Below, one piece after another: positions 49,036 through 59,633 of a stretch of DNA of 64,000 nucleotides. The translations under genes and the position numbers were made by a program. This DNA comes from a bacterium (GTDB lineage: Bacteria > JADJOY01). Where the stretch lies: contig JAXLQJ010000002.1 in assembly GCA_046331705.1 (NCBI GenBank), positions 266,370-330,369 of the forward strand. The letters run 5' to 3'. The notes below the pieces were generated by a model. That model did no database searches. It saw nothing but the letters and a program-made list of their open reading frames with translations, and had not been told where the DNA came from. The stretch's first letter is position 1. Each line of letters begins with the position of its first letter.

Positions 49036-50088
49036 TCAGCTCGGGACGGCGGCCGTGCGGTGTTGTTGCGCGCGATAGACGTCGCGGACCACGTCGGCGA
49101 GATCGGCTTCCTGCACCGAGAGGTCCACGATGGGCGGGCCCTGGAGTGCCCGCGCGACCACCTCCGCGGGGCCGATCACGTCGGGATCGAAGAGCACGGT
49201 GATTCGTGAGCCGGCGCCGTCGCCGTCGAGCGTGAGCGGCAAGCCATCGAGATTGCGCCGCGCGGCGGCGTGATCCTCGGCGCGGACCAGGTCGAGCACC
49301 ACGCGCCGCTCGCGCGCGAACCGTCGCTTGAACTCGATCAGCGCGCCATCGAAGAGCACCTTGCCCTCGTCGATGAGGATGACGCGATCGCAGAGCTCCT
49401 CGATGTCGCGCAGGTCGTGGGTCGTCAGCAGCACCGTGGTGCCGTGGCGCTCGTTCACCGCGCGGATGAAGCCGCGCACGCGATCCTTCACGTCCACGTC
49501 GAGGCCGATGGTGGGCTCGTCGAGGAACAAGATCCGTGGTCGATGGAGCAGCGAGGCCGCCAGATCGCAGCGCATCCGCTGGCCCAGCGACAGCTTGCGC
49601 ACGGGGATGTGAAGTAGCGGACCGAGGTCGAGGACCTCCCCGAATTCCGCGAGACGCTCCTTCAGCGCTGCGTCGCTGACGCCGTAGATTCGCGCCAGCA
49701 GGCGGAATGCCTCGATGACCGCGATGTCCCACCAGAGCTGGGTGCGCTGGCCGAACACGACGCCGATCTGATGGACGTAGCGGCTGCGCTCCTCGAGCGG
49801 ATCGAGCCCGGCGACGCGCACGTGGCCCGACGTCGGCCGCAGGATGCCGGTCAGCACCTTGATGGTCGTCGACTTTCCGGCGCCGTTGGCGCCGATGTAA
49901 CCGACTCGCTCGCCGGACTCGATCGAGAACGAGATGCTCTCGATGGCGCGCTTGATCTCGCGCTGGGGACGGAAGAGGTCGACGAGCGCGCCGCGCAGCC
50001 CTTCGCGCTTGCGCGAGGTGCGATATTCCTTCACCAGGCTTCGCACCTCGATCAGTGCGTCGCCACGCGTCGCGCCAGGTTCCGACAT
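49036..50088 (-). CDS. ABC transporter ATP-binding protein
   Basis: GANGAGKST, FGQRTQLWWD, LSLGQRMR, LFLDEPT. Confidence 0.93.
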   Translation of the reverse strand: MSEPGATRGDALIEVRSLVKEYRTSRKREGLRGALVDLFRPQREIKRAIESISFSIESGERVGYIGANGAGKSTTIKVLTGILRPTSGHVRVAGLDPLEERSRYVHQIGVVFGQRTQLWWDIAVIEAFRLLARIYGVSDAALKERLAEFGEVLDLGPLLHIPVRKLSLGQRMRCDLAASLLHRPRILFLDEPTIGLDVDVKDRVRGFIRAVNERHGTTVLLTTHDLRDIEELCDRVILIDEGKVLFDGALIEFKRRFARERRVVLDLVRAEDHAAARRNLDGLPLTLDGDGAGSRITVLFDPDVIGPAEVVARALQGPPIVDLSVQEADLADVVRDVYRAQQHRTAAVPS

Positions 50089-50132
50089 GGCGCGCTAGCG
50101 TATCCGCGCTGCTGGTTCGGTGGGAGGTGAGC

Positions 50133-53120
50133 GTGCGCACGTACGACTGGACGATTCGGTTTCTCGCTCGTGACGCGCGCCGGCGCGCGCACGTCGCCGC
50201 CCTCGTCTGCTCGACGGTTTGCGTCGCGGGCGTCCACGCCGCGGACGACGACCCCTTCACGCTGCCCATCGCCCGCGTGACGGCGAGCCCCTCGATCGCC
50301 TCACGCGCGTCGCTGCCCGCGGATTGGAGCGTGCAGGCGGTCGCGGGTTCGCCCAGCTCACCCGAGGTGGCGCTGCTCCTCGCCCACGACGCCGACACCG
50401 CCGTGCATCTGTGGCGAGCGGGCGAGACCGCGACGCGGCCGGTGGATGTGACGTGGCCCGCCGGTTTCGTGGCGCGCGGCCAGGCCACGGACGGCACGCC
50501 GATCCAGCCCATCGCGTGGCATCCGATCGAGCGGCGACTCTACGTGGCCGGGAACGTCGCGGGGCGCGGCGCGATCGTGACGCTGGCCGAGAACGGCGGT
50601 CATTGGAGCGCGACCACGCTCGGCGAGGTGGGCGATCGGGTGCGATCCTTGCTCGTCGGGCCGCGTCCCTACGTGACCGGCTGGGAACCCGAGACCCGCG
50701 AGTATCGCGTGTTCTTCGGCGTCGAGGCGCGCGAGCACGAAGGCGCGATCCGCTCCCTCACCGAGCACGGGACGAAGCCGTATCAGGTCATCGGCGCCAC
50801 GTTGCCGAAGGACGCGTCCCGTTACGAGGAGGAGCGCCCGAGTGCCGTGGTCGCGCCGTGGTCGGAGCCCGAGGCCTTCCATCCGGCGGGCGATCGCATG
50901 ATCTGGCGCGACGCGAAGGGCTGTCACCAGCTCGCGAGCTACGGTCGCCAGTCGTGGACCAGCGCACGCGCGCTCACGAGTGCGATTCCCTGCGGCGGCG
51001 TGCTCAGCGTGCCGCCCAATGGCGACGGCCTGCTCCGCTGGCAAAGCGGTGCGCCCGGCGTGACGCTCTTCGTGGGTGACGCGGGCAGCTCGAGCACCCT
51101 CGCTGGCGACGTCACGTTCACGAGCGCGCCTGCGATGACGCCCGATGGTCGCGGGTTGGTGGGAGCGCTTGTCGGCCTCGACGGTCGCACGGACGTCGCC
51201 TTCGTTCCCGTGGCGATGCCGCTCGGCGACGTGGCCAACGCGTGGATGTTCGCAAGCACGGCCGACGATCGTTCTCGATTCGCCCGTGACGGTGGCCTCT
51301 TTCGGCCGCTCGCCGCGCCGCAGCTCTATTCGCTCTACGACACCGAGCGTTACCAGTGCGGCGGACTCGACACGTCGGCCTCCGCGCGGCCCTACCTGGT
51401 GACGACCGACGTGTTCTGGGAGGTCTTTGCCGCGGCGTACGAGGGGCTCTTCCTCGTCGACGAGAAGTCGCGCGCGATCCCGGCCTTCTGGAGCCTGGTG
51501 GACGCCGGTTCCAAGGCCGCAGCGGCGAGCAAGGATCCTGCGGCTGCCAAGTGGAGCAAGGTGTTCAAGGCCTTGGCGGCGGTGAAGAAGGGGGACCGCT
51601 CGAATGCGGAGGCGGCGCGGATCCTCGCCGCGCGCGGTCGCGGACGATCGGCGCTGCTCGGCATCGAGGTCGATTACGCGGATCTCGCGCCGCGCGGCCA
51701 CTACACGGCAACACCCGAGCGCAGCCGCTATTTCGCGGCGTTTCGCTATCTCACGGCCGTTCCCGTCAACGCTGCCGACGCCGCATTCCTGGCGGCGTTA
51801 CCGGAGAGCGTGCGCGCGCTCGCAACGGCGTGGGCCGCGCCTTACCGCGAGCTCAAGGCGCCCGCGCGCGTACCCTCGGCGTGGGGAGAGACGGCGGTGC
51901 CGCCGAGCTACGCGCGCCACGCACCGACGACGGCGTCGCTCTTCCCGCTGGGCTGGGGGCGCGACAGCGAGGCGCTGTGGCGTACGGTTTTCCACGAGCA
52001 GTGGCCGAGCGAGGAGCAGATCGCCGGCGAGAAGGGGCCGCGCGCGCTGCCGTCCGGACTCGACGTCGCGGCGGCGCTGGGAAGTGCGTTCGCCCGCGCG
52101 CTGCTCGACGAGTCGGGGGTCATCGCGCTCTATCCGCAGCTCGGCTCGACGCTCGACCAGCTCGCGCGCGATCTCGCCGCGCGCACTCCCGCCGCAGCTC
52201 GGCCCGAGAGCGCGATTGACGCGTCGACCGATCTCTACGACGCCTGGCTCGGGGCGCTTGCGGTGCAGTGGTCGGGCGGCGTGCCGGCCCCGGGCGGCGC
52301 GGCGACCAACGAGGCCGAGCGTCTGTGGCAGACCAAGCGCCTCCAGACCGGGCTCGCGTCGTGGGCCACGCTCCGGCACGCGACGGTGCTGGTCAACGAG
52401 CGCTCGGTGGCCGAATGCGGCGAGGGGGGCTTCGAGCCGATCGTGATGGACCCTCCGCGTGGATACGTCGAGCCGGATCCCGCGACCTTCGATGCGATCG
52501 CGCGGCTATTCGAGGGCGCGGCGGCGCTCGTCGCTCGCGATCCCACGCTCGCGCGGACCAAGAGCCCGATCGCGGAGGACTTCGGGGATGCGTCGAGCGA
52601 CGCGTCGAGCGACGCCCCGAGCCACGCGCGCGAGATCGCCATCGGCCTGGGCAAGCGTCTCGAGGCGAGCGCCGCGAAGGCGCGACTCTTCGGCGCCATG
52701 GCCCGCAAGGAGGTGCTCGGCGAGGAGCTCTCGCCGGCCGACTACCAGGAGATCTTCGACGTGGGACGCGTGGCCGAGCACCACGTGCTCGTCTATCGAA
52801 GTCTGGCGCGGGACGATCTCGCGCTCTCCAACCCGGATCCGATGCCGCGCGTCGCGGACGTGGCCGACGGTCGCGCCGCGGGTGGCGGCCTGCTGTTGGT
52901 CGGCGTGGGTTTTCCGCTCGAGTGGGACCAGGTCGTGCCGTTCCATGGTCGCCGTCAGATCGTGAAGGGGCCGGTTTATGGCTACTACGAGGTCGAACGC
53001 GACGCGCCGATGGACGACGCGACCTGGCGGAAGGAAGTGACGAAGGTTCCGCGCCCGCGCTGGGTGGCGCCGTTCGTGGGAGGCCCGCCGTGCGAATGCG
53101 CGCCCGAGCCGCGCTTCTGA
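50133..53120 (+). CDS. Secreted DUF3160-domain protein with N-terminal propeller-like region
   Basis: YLVTTD, PRGHYT, LPSGLDV, LQTGLASWATLRHATVL, GYVEP, VADV, YYE. Start uncertain. Confidence 0.8.
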   Translation: MRTYDWTIRFLARDARRRAHVAALVCSTVCVAGVHAADDDPFTLPIARVTASPSIASRASLPADWSVQAVAGSPSSPEVALLLAHDADTAVHLWRAGETATRPVDVTWPAGFVARGQATDGTPIQPIAWHPIERRLYVAGNVAGRGAIVTLAENGGHWSATTLGEVGDRVRSLLVGPRPYVTGWEPETREYRVFFGVEAREHEGAIRSLTEHGTKPYQVIGATLPKDASRYEEERPSAVVAPWSEPEAFHPAGDRMIWRDAKGCHQLASYGRQSWTSARALTSAIPCGGVLSVPPNGDGLLRWQSGAPGVTLFVGDAGSSSTLAGDVTFTSAPAMTPDGRGLVGALVGLDGRTDVAFVPVAMPLGDVANAWMFASTADDRSRFARDGGLFRPLAAPQLYSLYDTERYQCGGLDTSASARPYLVTTDVFWEVFAAAYEGLFLVDEKSRAIPAFWSLVDAGSKAAAASKDPAAAKWSKVFKALAAVKKGDRSNAEAARILAARGRGRSALLGIEVDYADLAPRGHYTATPERSRYFAAFRYLTAVPVNAADAAFLAALPESVRALATAWAAPYRELKAPARVPSAWGETAVPPSYARHAPTTASLFPLGWGRDSEALWRTVFHEQWPSEEQIAGEKGPRALPSGLDVAAALGSAFARALLDESGVIALYPQLGSTLDQLARDLAARTPAAARPESAIDASTDLYDAWLGALAVQWSGGVPAPGGAATNEAERLWQTKRLQTGLASWATLRHATVLVNERSVAECGEGGFEPIVMDPPRGYVEPDPATFDAIARLFEGAAALVARDPTLARTKSPIAEDFGDASSDASSDAPSHAREIAIGLGKRLEASAAKARLFGAMARKEVLGEELSPADYQEIFDVGRVAEHHVLVYRSLARDDLALSNPDPMPRVADVADGRAAGGGLLLVGVGFPLEWDQVVPFHGRRQIVKGPVYGYYEVERDAPMDDATWRKEVTKVPRPRWVAPFVGGPPCECAPEPRF

Positions 53121-54546
53121 TCGTCGTGTTCGCGGCGCTGGAGGCGCGCGCCGACGAGGCGCGCGCCGAGCGGTTGCTCTTCGTGGGCGACGTCTTGTTG
53201 TCGCGACAAGTGGCCGACGAGATTCGCGAGCGCGGCACCGACCCGTGGCGGCACCTACGCGGTCTCTTTGCCGCGGCCGATTGGGTGGGCGGCAATCTCG
53301 AAGGAGCGGTCGGCGAGCCAGGTGAGTGCAACCCCAGGCTCGTCGCCGCGGGCACGTGCTTCGCCGTGCCGGCGGCGCTCTTGGCGCGTGTCCGCGAGGC
53401 GGGGTTCGCCGCGCTGGCGCTCGACAACAATCATCGCGCCGACCTGCGAGCGGTGGGGCGTGCTCGCACCCGCGCGGCGGTTGCCGATTCGGGTCTGTTG
53501 CCGCTCACGTTCGAGCGATCGCCGGAGTTCGTGCGCGTGGGCTCGCTCGATGTCGCGGTGATCGCGCTCGACCGAGTCGCCGACGTCGAGGGCGCGATCG
53601 ACGCGCTGCCGTCGGTCGAGCTGGCGCGGAAGCTCAGGCTCGCGCGAGCGCTGGCACAGCTCACGCTGGTCTCGGTTCACTGGGGACGCGAGCTGGTGGA
53701 TACCCCGGACGCGAGTCAGCGTGCCGCAGCGACGTGGCTGGTCGAGCACGGCGCCGACGTGGTGCTCGGCCATCACCCACACGTCGTCCAGCCGTCCGAA
53801 TGCGTCTCCGGGCGACCCGTCTACTTCTCGCTCGGAAACCACCTCTTCGACCAGAAGTACCCCGAGACTCGACGCGGTCGGATCGCGGATTGCTCGCTCG
53901 ACGGCGCCGAGTTGCGTTGTGGAGCGCTCGCCACCGAGGCGGCGCCGCGCAGCACCACGCCCTCGCTCGTGGGTGTCGAGGAGGACGTTCGCGCGGCGCT
54001 GGCGTCGTGTCCGGTGCCGCTGCGCGAGCGGCTGACGGTCGACGGTCACGCGATTCGCGCGTTGCCGACACCCGTGCGGAGCGAGCGACTGGAGGTCGCG
54101 CTCGCCGGTGGTCCCGCGGGCGCGGTCCCGACGCGAGCGCCAACGAGTGGCGCACGCGGGGGGCGCCGCTCCTGGCGGCACAGGCCTTTCCGCTGCCGGA
54201 CGAAGGGCACGCGGAGCTCTTGTTCACCCTGGAGGCGCACGCCTCGCCACTCGACGGGCGAGTCGCGCCGCGCCCCTACGTTTACGCGGTCTCGGCCCGC
54301 GGGCTCACCGCCAAATGGCGTGGCAGCGGGCTCGCGTGGCCCCTGATCGATGCGATCGTGCTACCGAGTGGGCTCTTGTGCGCGCTCCACGAGGACGGGT
54401 CGTTCCTTGCGCCGAGAACAATGCCCGCGGAGAGCGAGCGCGCGCGCCGCATCGCGCTCTATCGCTGGAACGGATTCGGCTTCACCGGCGTCGACGACGC
54501 GAGCGAGCGATCCCGCTGCGCCGCTGCGTTCGACTCGACGCGCTGA
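53096..54546 (+). CDS. CapA (PGA_cap) metallophosphoesterase-like protein, frameshifted near 54100-54140
   Basis: VGDVLLSR, GNLEG, NNH, SVHWG, GHHPHV, FSLGN. The C-terminal WRGSGLAWP and YRWNGFGF segment is in another frame. Confidence 0.75.
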
Positions 54547-54719
54547 GCGATCGCCCGCGCAGCGCGGCGCGGCGCAGGACGCCGGATTCGGCTACGGACC
54601 GTCGAGCCCAATGCATCGAGAGGCAAGCCGCGGCTGCAGCGGATCGGGCAAACGAGAGAGCCGATCACGCCGGCCGGAGCGCACCGGACCTCGCCCCCGT
54701 GGTTCCCGATGCACTGCAG

Positions 54720-55130
54720 TCTCATCCGGTGCAGACGGAGGTCGACCGTGAACCGAAGCCCGACGCGCAACGCAATTCGACGGATCCCGAGAGCCGGATC
54801 ATGCCGTCGAACGGGGCGTTCGTTCAGGGCGAGAACGCGCAGCTCGCGGTCGACGACGCGCAGCGGATCGGCGCGGCGCCGGCGCTCACGAACCCGTTGC
54901 CCGATGCGCGGCACCGTCGTCCGATGCTCCAGCAAGTCGAGGCCAATTGCGGTGCGGCGTCCCAGCAGCTCACGGTGGACGCGGGCTACTGGTCGCAGGG
55001 CAACGCAGCGTACGGTGCGGAGCGCGGCGTCGATGCGCACATCGCCACGAAGCGGTTGAAGCCGGCGAGAAAGCGCCCGCGGCCCGAGGGCGGGTGCCGA
55101 AGAGCTTGGATGCGAAGGGGCGTATGCGGC
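54720..55130 (+). pseudogene. IS1182-family transposase remnant
   Basis: PDAQRNSTDPESRIM, FVQGENAQ, DAGYWS; fragmentary. Confidence 0.7.
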
Positions 55131-55324
55131 GGGTCCCCGGCACTCGCGACGGAGCACACGCGACGTCCTGAGGAAGGCCGGCCGTGCGTCGATCGACTCG
55201 GGCGCCAGTACACACCCTCACTCACGAGATCGGCGACGGGATCATCGACTCATTCGCCGGACCGAACGGAAGGCGAAGGCGGACGGCAGGTCGCGCTCCA
55301 TGGACGTTCCGCATCGCTTTCCCG

Positions 55325-55555
55325 TCACACTCCCAGCCGTACCTGCGCAGCCCGCGATCCGGCTGGCGATCGGCGATCTTGCCGAACACGTGGCTGCCGA
55401 GCGCGAGCCCCGCCATGTACGTCGTGAGCACCGTGCTCACGGCGTAGAACGTATGGCCGAACGCGTAGCCGAGCACCCGGACGAGGGTGATCTCGTAGAC
55501 GACGCGCTGAGGCCCGAGAGGAAGAGCAGAGCGCTGAGGCCCGCGATCAGCCGCG
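55325..55555 (-). pseudogene. N-terminal fragment of a fused MFS/spermidine-synthase-like membrane protein
   Basis: LLFLSGLSA, frameshift, then VYEITLVRVLGYAFGHTFYAVSTVLTTYMAGLALGS; truncated afterwards. Confidence 0.7.
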
Positions 55556-57223
55556 TCCCTGCTCGGGGCGAGTGGAGGCGCCGGTGAAGCGGGCGCGCCA
55601 GCCGGTGTCGCGGTGCAGGGCGGTGGGCTTCACGTCGCCGAGACGCTGGCCGAGCGATGCGCAGCCGGCGAGGTAGCGACGTGCGGCGTCTTGGACGGCA
55701 ACCACGTCCACGGCGGCGAGCTGGCCGAGGCGACGGGCGTAGTCGTAGTGAGGATTGGCCGCGAGCGCGCGATCGAGCTTCGTTGCGAGCTCGGGTGTCG
55801 GCGCGTCCGCGGCGCTCTCGACGAACAGCGCGTAGCGAGGAGCGGGCGTGGTCTCGGGCGCCAGCATCGCGAAGCGCGCGCTCGCGTCGTCGCCCAGCAC
55901 CGCGCGCAACGATGCGGCGACGAAGTCCTCGTGGAGCTTCTCGCCCACGAGATCGACGACGCGGTCGACCCTCCCCACGAACTCGATGAGGGGAGTCTTC
56001 GCGACTCGTCCCACGACGCGGACGGCGTCACCGAGGGCGTAGCGATAGAGCCCCCCGCTGGTGGTCAGGATGACCTCGTAATCCTGGCCCGCGTCGAGCT
56101 CGTCGACCAGCGCCGTGCGCGTGTCGTTCGAGCCCGCGGCGCGGAACTCGAGCACGTGCGAGAGCAACGCGGGAGCGGCACCCGGATGACCGAGCAGAGG
56201 GATGGACACGACGCCCTCGGTGGCCAGCAATCCCTTGCCTTGGATCTCGGTGCCGGGAAAACGCGCGGCCAGCTCGCGGGCGGCGCTCGCCGACGCGCCC
56301 GCGGTCCAGCAGCTCAGCAGCGTGAGGTTGGGCCAGGCGTGGCGTGGATCGATGCGGCCGTCGCGAGCGAGGATCGCCGAGAGCGCGCGGGCTCGCTCCG
56401 GATCGGGGCGCAGCCGGCGGCTCAGCGCCGCGCGCACCTTTGGATCGATCGTGCCGACGTGCGCGAGGCGCCCGTCGTGGATGTCGCGGATCAGGTCCAC
56501 GCCGTGCTCGGCGAGACCGTCGCAGAGCACGCTGAAGAAGCTCGGGCTCCACACCGAGACCAGGCCGAGGCGCCCGCTGCCGAGCAAGAAGCGCAGCGTG
56601 ACGTAGCGCCAGGTGTCCAGATCGGTGACGTGACGCACGCTGCGCGGCACGGCATGGGTGACGCGCGTGAGCAGGCGGGTGAGGGGCGAGAGGTAGACGC
56701 CGTCGTCCTCGACGCCGATGGGTGTGCCGCCCGCGGTGCGCTCGCCGCTCGCCACCAGCGGCGAGATGGACCAATAGGATTCGCGGCCGAGAAGCCGGGG
56801 ACGACGCGCGCTGAGGTCGAAGAGCCACGGCGCGATGGCGCGGTCGAAGTCGTCGAGCAAGCCGCTCGTGTAGGGCACGAGCTTCACCGCGCCGGACGAG
56901 CCGCTGGTGCGCTCGAAGAAACGCGGTGGCTCGGGAAAGGTGAGGGCGTTCGCGTCGCCGGCCGCGACCCGCTCGATCCACGGCCGCAGCTCGTCGTAGC
57001 GAACGATCGGGACCGCGGCGCGCCAGCGCGCGAGATCGTAGACGCCCTGGATGCGCGCTTCGTTGAGGTACGTCGAATACCGGTTGAGCGCGAGGATTCG
57101 CGCCAGGGTGCGCTCCTGGGCCGGACGCGGCGAGCGCAGGGCGCGCCAGAAGGCCAGTGCGTGGGGAGCGCAACCGGCGGTGACCAGCCCGTTGGCGGTC
57201 GCGACGAGCTTGGAACGAATCAC
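55547..57223 (-). CDS. GH3-family acyl-adenylating enzyme
   Basis: FERTSGSSGAVKLVPYT, LLATEG, GLYRYALGD correspond to the three GH3 nucleotide-binding motifs. Confidence 0.88.
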   Translation of the reverse strand: MIRSKLVATANGLVTAGCAPHALAFWRALRSPRPAQERTLARILALNRYSTYLNEARIQGVYDLARWRAAVPIVRYDELRPWIERVAAGDANALTFPEPPRFFERTSGSSGAVKLVPYTSGLLDDFDRAIAPWLFDLSARRPRLLGRESYWSISPLVASGERTAGGTPIGVEDDGVYLSPLTRLLTRVTHAVPRSVRHVTDLDTWRYVTLRFLLGSGRLGLVSVWSPSFFSVLCDGLAEHGVDLIRDIHDGRLAHVGTIDPKVRAALSRRLRPDPERARALSAILARDGRIDPRHAWPNLTLLSCWTAGASASAARELAARFPGTEIQGKGLLATEGVVSIPLLGHPGAAPALLSHVLEFRAAGSNDTRTALVDELDAGQDYEVILTTSGGLYRYALGDAVRVVGRVAKTPLIEFVGRVDRVVDLVGEKLHEDFVAASLRAVLGDDASARFAMLAPETTPAPRYALFVESAADAPTPELATKLDRALAANPHYDYARRLGQLAAVDVVAVQDAARRYLAGCASLGQRLGDVKPTALHRDTGWRARFTGASTRPEQGRG

Positions 57224-57260
57224 GGGGCGCGGAGTCGAGGAAGGCGAGGGGACGGTGGGA

Positions 57261-58064
57261 TCAGGTCGTCGGATCCCGACGGGCGGCCCGCGCGCGCGCC
57301 ACCGGCGCGATGCCCGCCATGCGGCGCCCGGCGGCGGTCAGGTTCTGCTCGGAGATCTCGCACAGGCACACCATCTCGTCGCCGCGCTCGTGGCCCGCGT
57401 TGCGTTCGGTGAAGAAGCGCACGTGGGGGTTGCGGGCGCGAGCGTCGGTGATCTCGCCGACGTCCGCGCGCAGGCGTTGGGCACCGTCGACGAAGCGCAC
57501 GATCCCGCTGGCGCGGTCGTACTCGGCGCCGAAGCGCGCGGCGGCGAGCTCGTCGACGAGGCGGCGGATGGGTTCCGGCGTGGGGCGATCGTGGCGGGGG
57601 TAGAAATCGCGAAAGAACACCGGCAGCAGCCGATAGGTGCGGTATCCGGAGACGATCAGCAGCCACCACACCCGGCCCTGGCCTTCGCTTCGGGCCAGCT
57701 GGTTCACGGCGTCGATCCAGCTTCGGTGCAGCGCCGGCGTGTTCCACGCGCTGCGATCGACGATGGTGTCACCGGAGAACACCACCGTCATCGCCTCGCC
57801 TTCGAAGGTGTGACGGTGAACGTGCAGCGTCGTGAAGCCGCGCAGCGCGCCAGTCTCGTCCTCGAGGAGGATCACCCAGTTCTTGGCGGCGAGATCGCGC
57901 TCGAAGACGCGCGCCTCGACGCCCTCGAAGTAGCTGGCGAGCAGCCCATGCATCGCGCTCCGCTCGGCGTCGGTGAGCGCCGCGCGCGCGACCAGGCGGC
58001 CGCGGATCGAGGTGCCGGCCACCGCCTCTCCTTCGACGATCTCGAGCGGCGCGGAGGAACGCAT
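57261..58064 (-). CDS. Uncharacterised GNAT-like protein
   Basis: Start overlaps the radical SAM stop; FERDLAAK, FSGDTIVD, WLLIVSGYRTYR. Fold assignment is tentative. Confidence 0.7.
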   Translation of the reverse strand: MRSSAPLEIVEGEAVAGTSIRGRLVARAALTDAERSAMHGLLASYFEGVEARVFERDLAAKNWVILLEDETGALRGFTTLHVHRHTFEGEAMTVVFSGDTIVDRSAWNTPALHRSWIDAVNQLARSEGQGRVWWLLIVSGYRTYRLLPVFFRDFYPRHDRPTPEPIRRLVDELAAARFGAEYDRASGIVRFVDGAQRLRADVGEITDARARNPHVRFFTERNAGHERGDEMVCLCEISEQNLTAAGRRMAGIAPVARARAARRDPTT

Positions 58065-59422
58065 CAGCTCGCTTCCAGGAGCTCGCCCGACCAGGTGCGG
58101 TCGCCGAGCGGATAGTGGTTGCGCAGGCTCACCTCGGCGCGATGGATGCCGTTGATGAGGAAGAAATTCCGAAACATGAACCAGTTCTCGCGATTCACCG
58201 GATCGATGCTGCGCTTCAGGATGCTGGGCCAGGTGTAGAAGCTGCGGCGCGCCTCGACACAGCCGCGCTCGACCTCCTCGGGTGAGATCTTGCGGGGGCG
58301 AAACGGGACCTTGTTGTAGCCGTAGCGCTCGTCCATCCACCATTTCTCGTAGAGCAATCGGCCTTCCTTCTCGAGGCGTTCGTAGAGCGGAGTGCCCGGA
58401 AACGGCGTCAGGTGGTTGAACGCGGTGATGTAGAAGCCGTGGCGCTTGGCGAACGCCACCGTGTCGGCGAAGGTCTCGGGCGTGTCCTCGTCGTAGCCGA
58501 AGATGAAGGTGGGATAGAGACGGATCTTCTTGTCCCGCAGCTTGGCGAGCGATTTCTCGTAGCCGCCGCCCATGGTGTTGAAGTCCTTGTCCATCTGCTC
58601 GAGGTTCGCGCGATTCAAGCTCTCGAAGCCGATCAACACGCCTTCGCAGCCGCTGAGCTTGAGCAGGTCCAGGAACTCGGGATCGTGGGCGCCGTTGATG
58701 CTGGTCTGGCTCACCCAGCGGATCTTGAGCGGCGCCAGCGCGCGCATGAACTCCTTGACCTCCTTGATGTTGGAGGTCTGGTTGTCGTCGACGAAGAAGA
58801 AGAACTGGCGGCCTTGCTGCTTCAGGTCGGCGATCTCGGAGACCACCTCGTCGATGGGGCGGCGCGTTTGGCGGCGCTGGAAGTAGGTGGTGACGGCGCA
58901 GAACTCGCACACGAAATGGCAGCCGCGCCCCGCCTCGACCAGGCTCACCGGCAAGTAGTCCTTGCCTCGGAAGATGCTGCGATCCGGGCGGGCGCCCTTG
59001 AGCGGTGGGCGGTCGGGAAGCTGGTAGAGCTTCTTGGCGGTGCCGTGACGATGGTCGTCCAGGACCTCTTGCCAGAGCCCCTCGGCCTCACCGACCACCA
59101 CCGACTCCGCGTAGCGCATGACCTCGTCGGTCTGCAGCCGCGCGTGGAAGCCGCCCATCACCACCGGCACGCCGCGGCGGCGGTACTCGCTGGCGATCTG
59201 GTAGGCGCGCTTGGCGGTATAGGTCTCGACGCTCATCGCGACGAGATCGGTGGGCTCGTCGAACGGGATCGGCTCCATGCGGTCGTCGTAGAAGCGGATG
59301 TCGACGTCCTTGGGGGTGAGCCCGGCGATGAGCGCCGCGGGCAGCGGCTCCATCTGCCAGCCGCGGATGTAGCGCTGGCCGGGCACGCGACCGATGCAAG
59401 GATGGATGAGGGTGAGTCTCAT
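58064..59422 (-). CDS. B12-binding domain radical SAM protein
   Basis: N-terminal DLVAMS, VVMGGFH, VVVGEAE; RGCHFVCEFC; FVDDN; IGFES; LTPFPGT. Confidence 0.93.
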   Translation of the reverse strand: MRLTLIHPCIGRVPGQRYIRGWQMEPLPAALIAGLTPKDVDIRFYDDRMEPIPFDEPTDLVAMSVETYTAKRAYQIASEYRRRGVPVVMGGFHARLQTDEVMRYAESVVVGEAEGLWQEVLDDHRHGTAKKLYQLPDRPPLKGARPDRSIFRGKDYLPVSLVEAGRGCHFVCEFCAVTTYFQRRQTRRPIDEVVSEIADLKQQGRQFFFFVDDNQTSNIKEVKEFMRALAPLKIRWVSQTSINGAHDPEFLDLLKLSGCEGVLIGFESLNRANLEQMDKDFNTMGGGYEKSLAKLRDKKIRLYPTFIFGYDEDTPETFADTVAFAKRHGFYITAFNHLTPFPGTPLYERLEKEGRLLYEKWWMDERYGYNKVPFRPRKISPEEVERGCVEARRSFYTWPSILKRSIDPVNRENWFMFRNFFLINGIHRAEVSLRNHYPLGDRTWSGELLEAS

Positions 59423-59633
59423 GCGATGGATCTCGGGCCGCGGCTGGCGCGGCGGTCGGAGCGCACAAGCCTAGCGGTGCGCGCGATGCCAGGCCAAGGG
59501 GTGCGGCAAGCGGTGCGCGGCGATCGAAAGCGCAGCCCGAGGATATGCTCGCGCCGGTCCCGGGTACCCGCGCGGGCGACGCTGGCATCGGCGCGGCGGG
59601 GCCAGCGAGCGCGGTCGTGAGCGGCCAGCAGCG

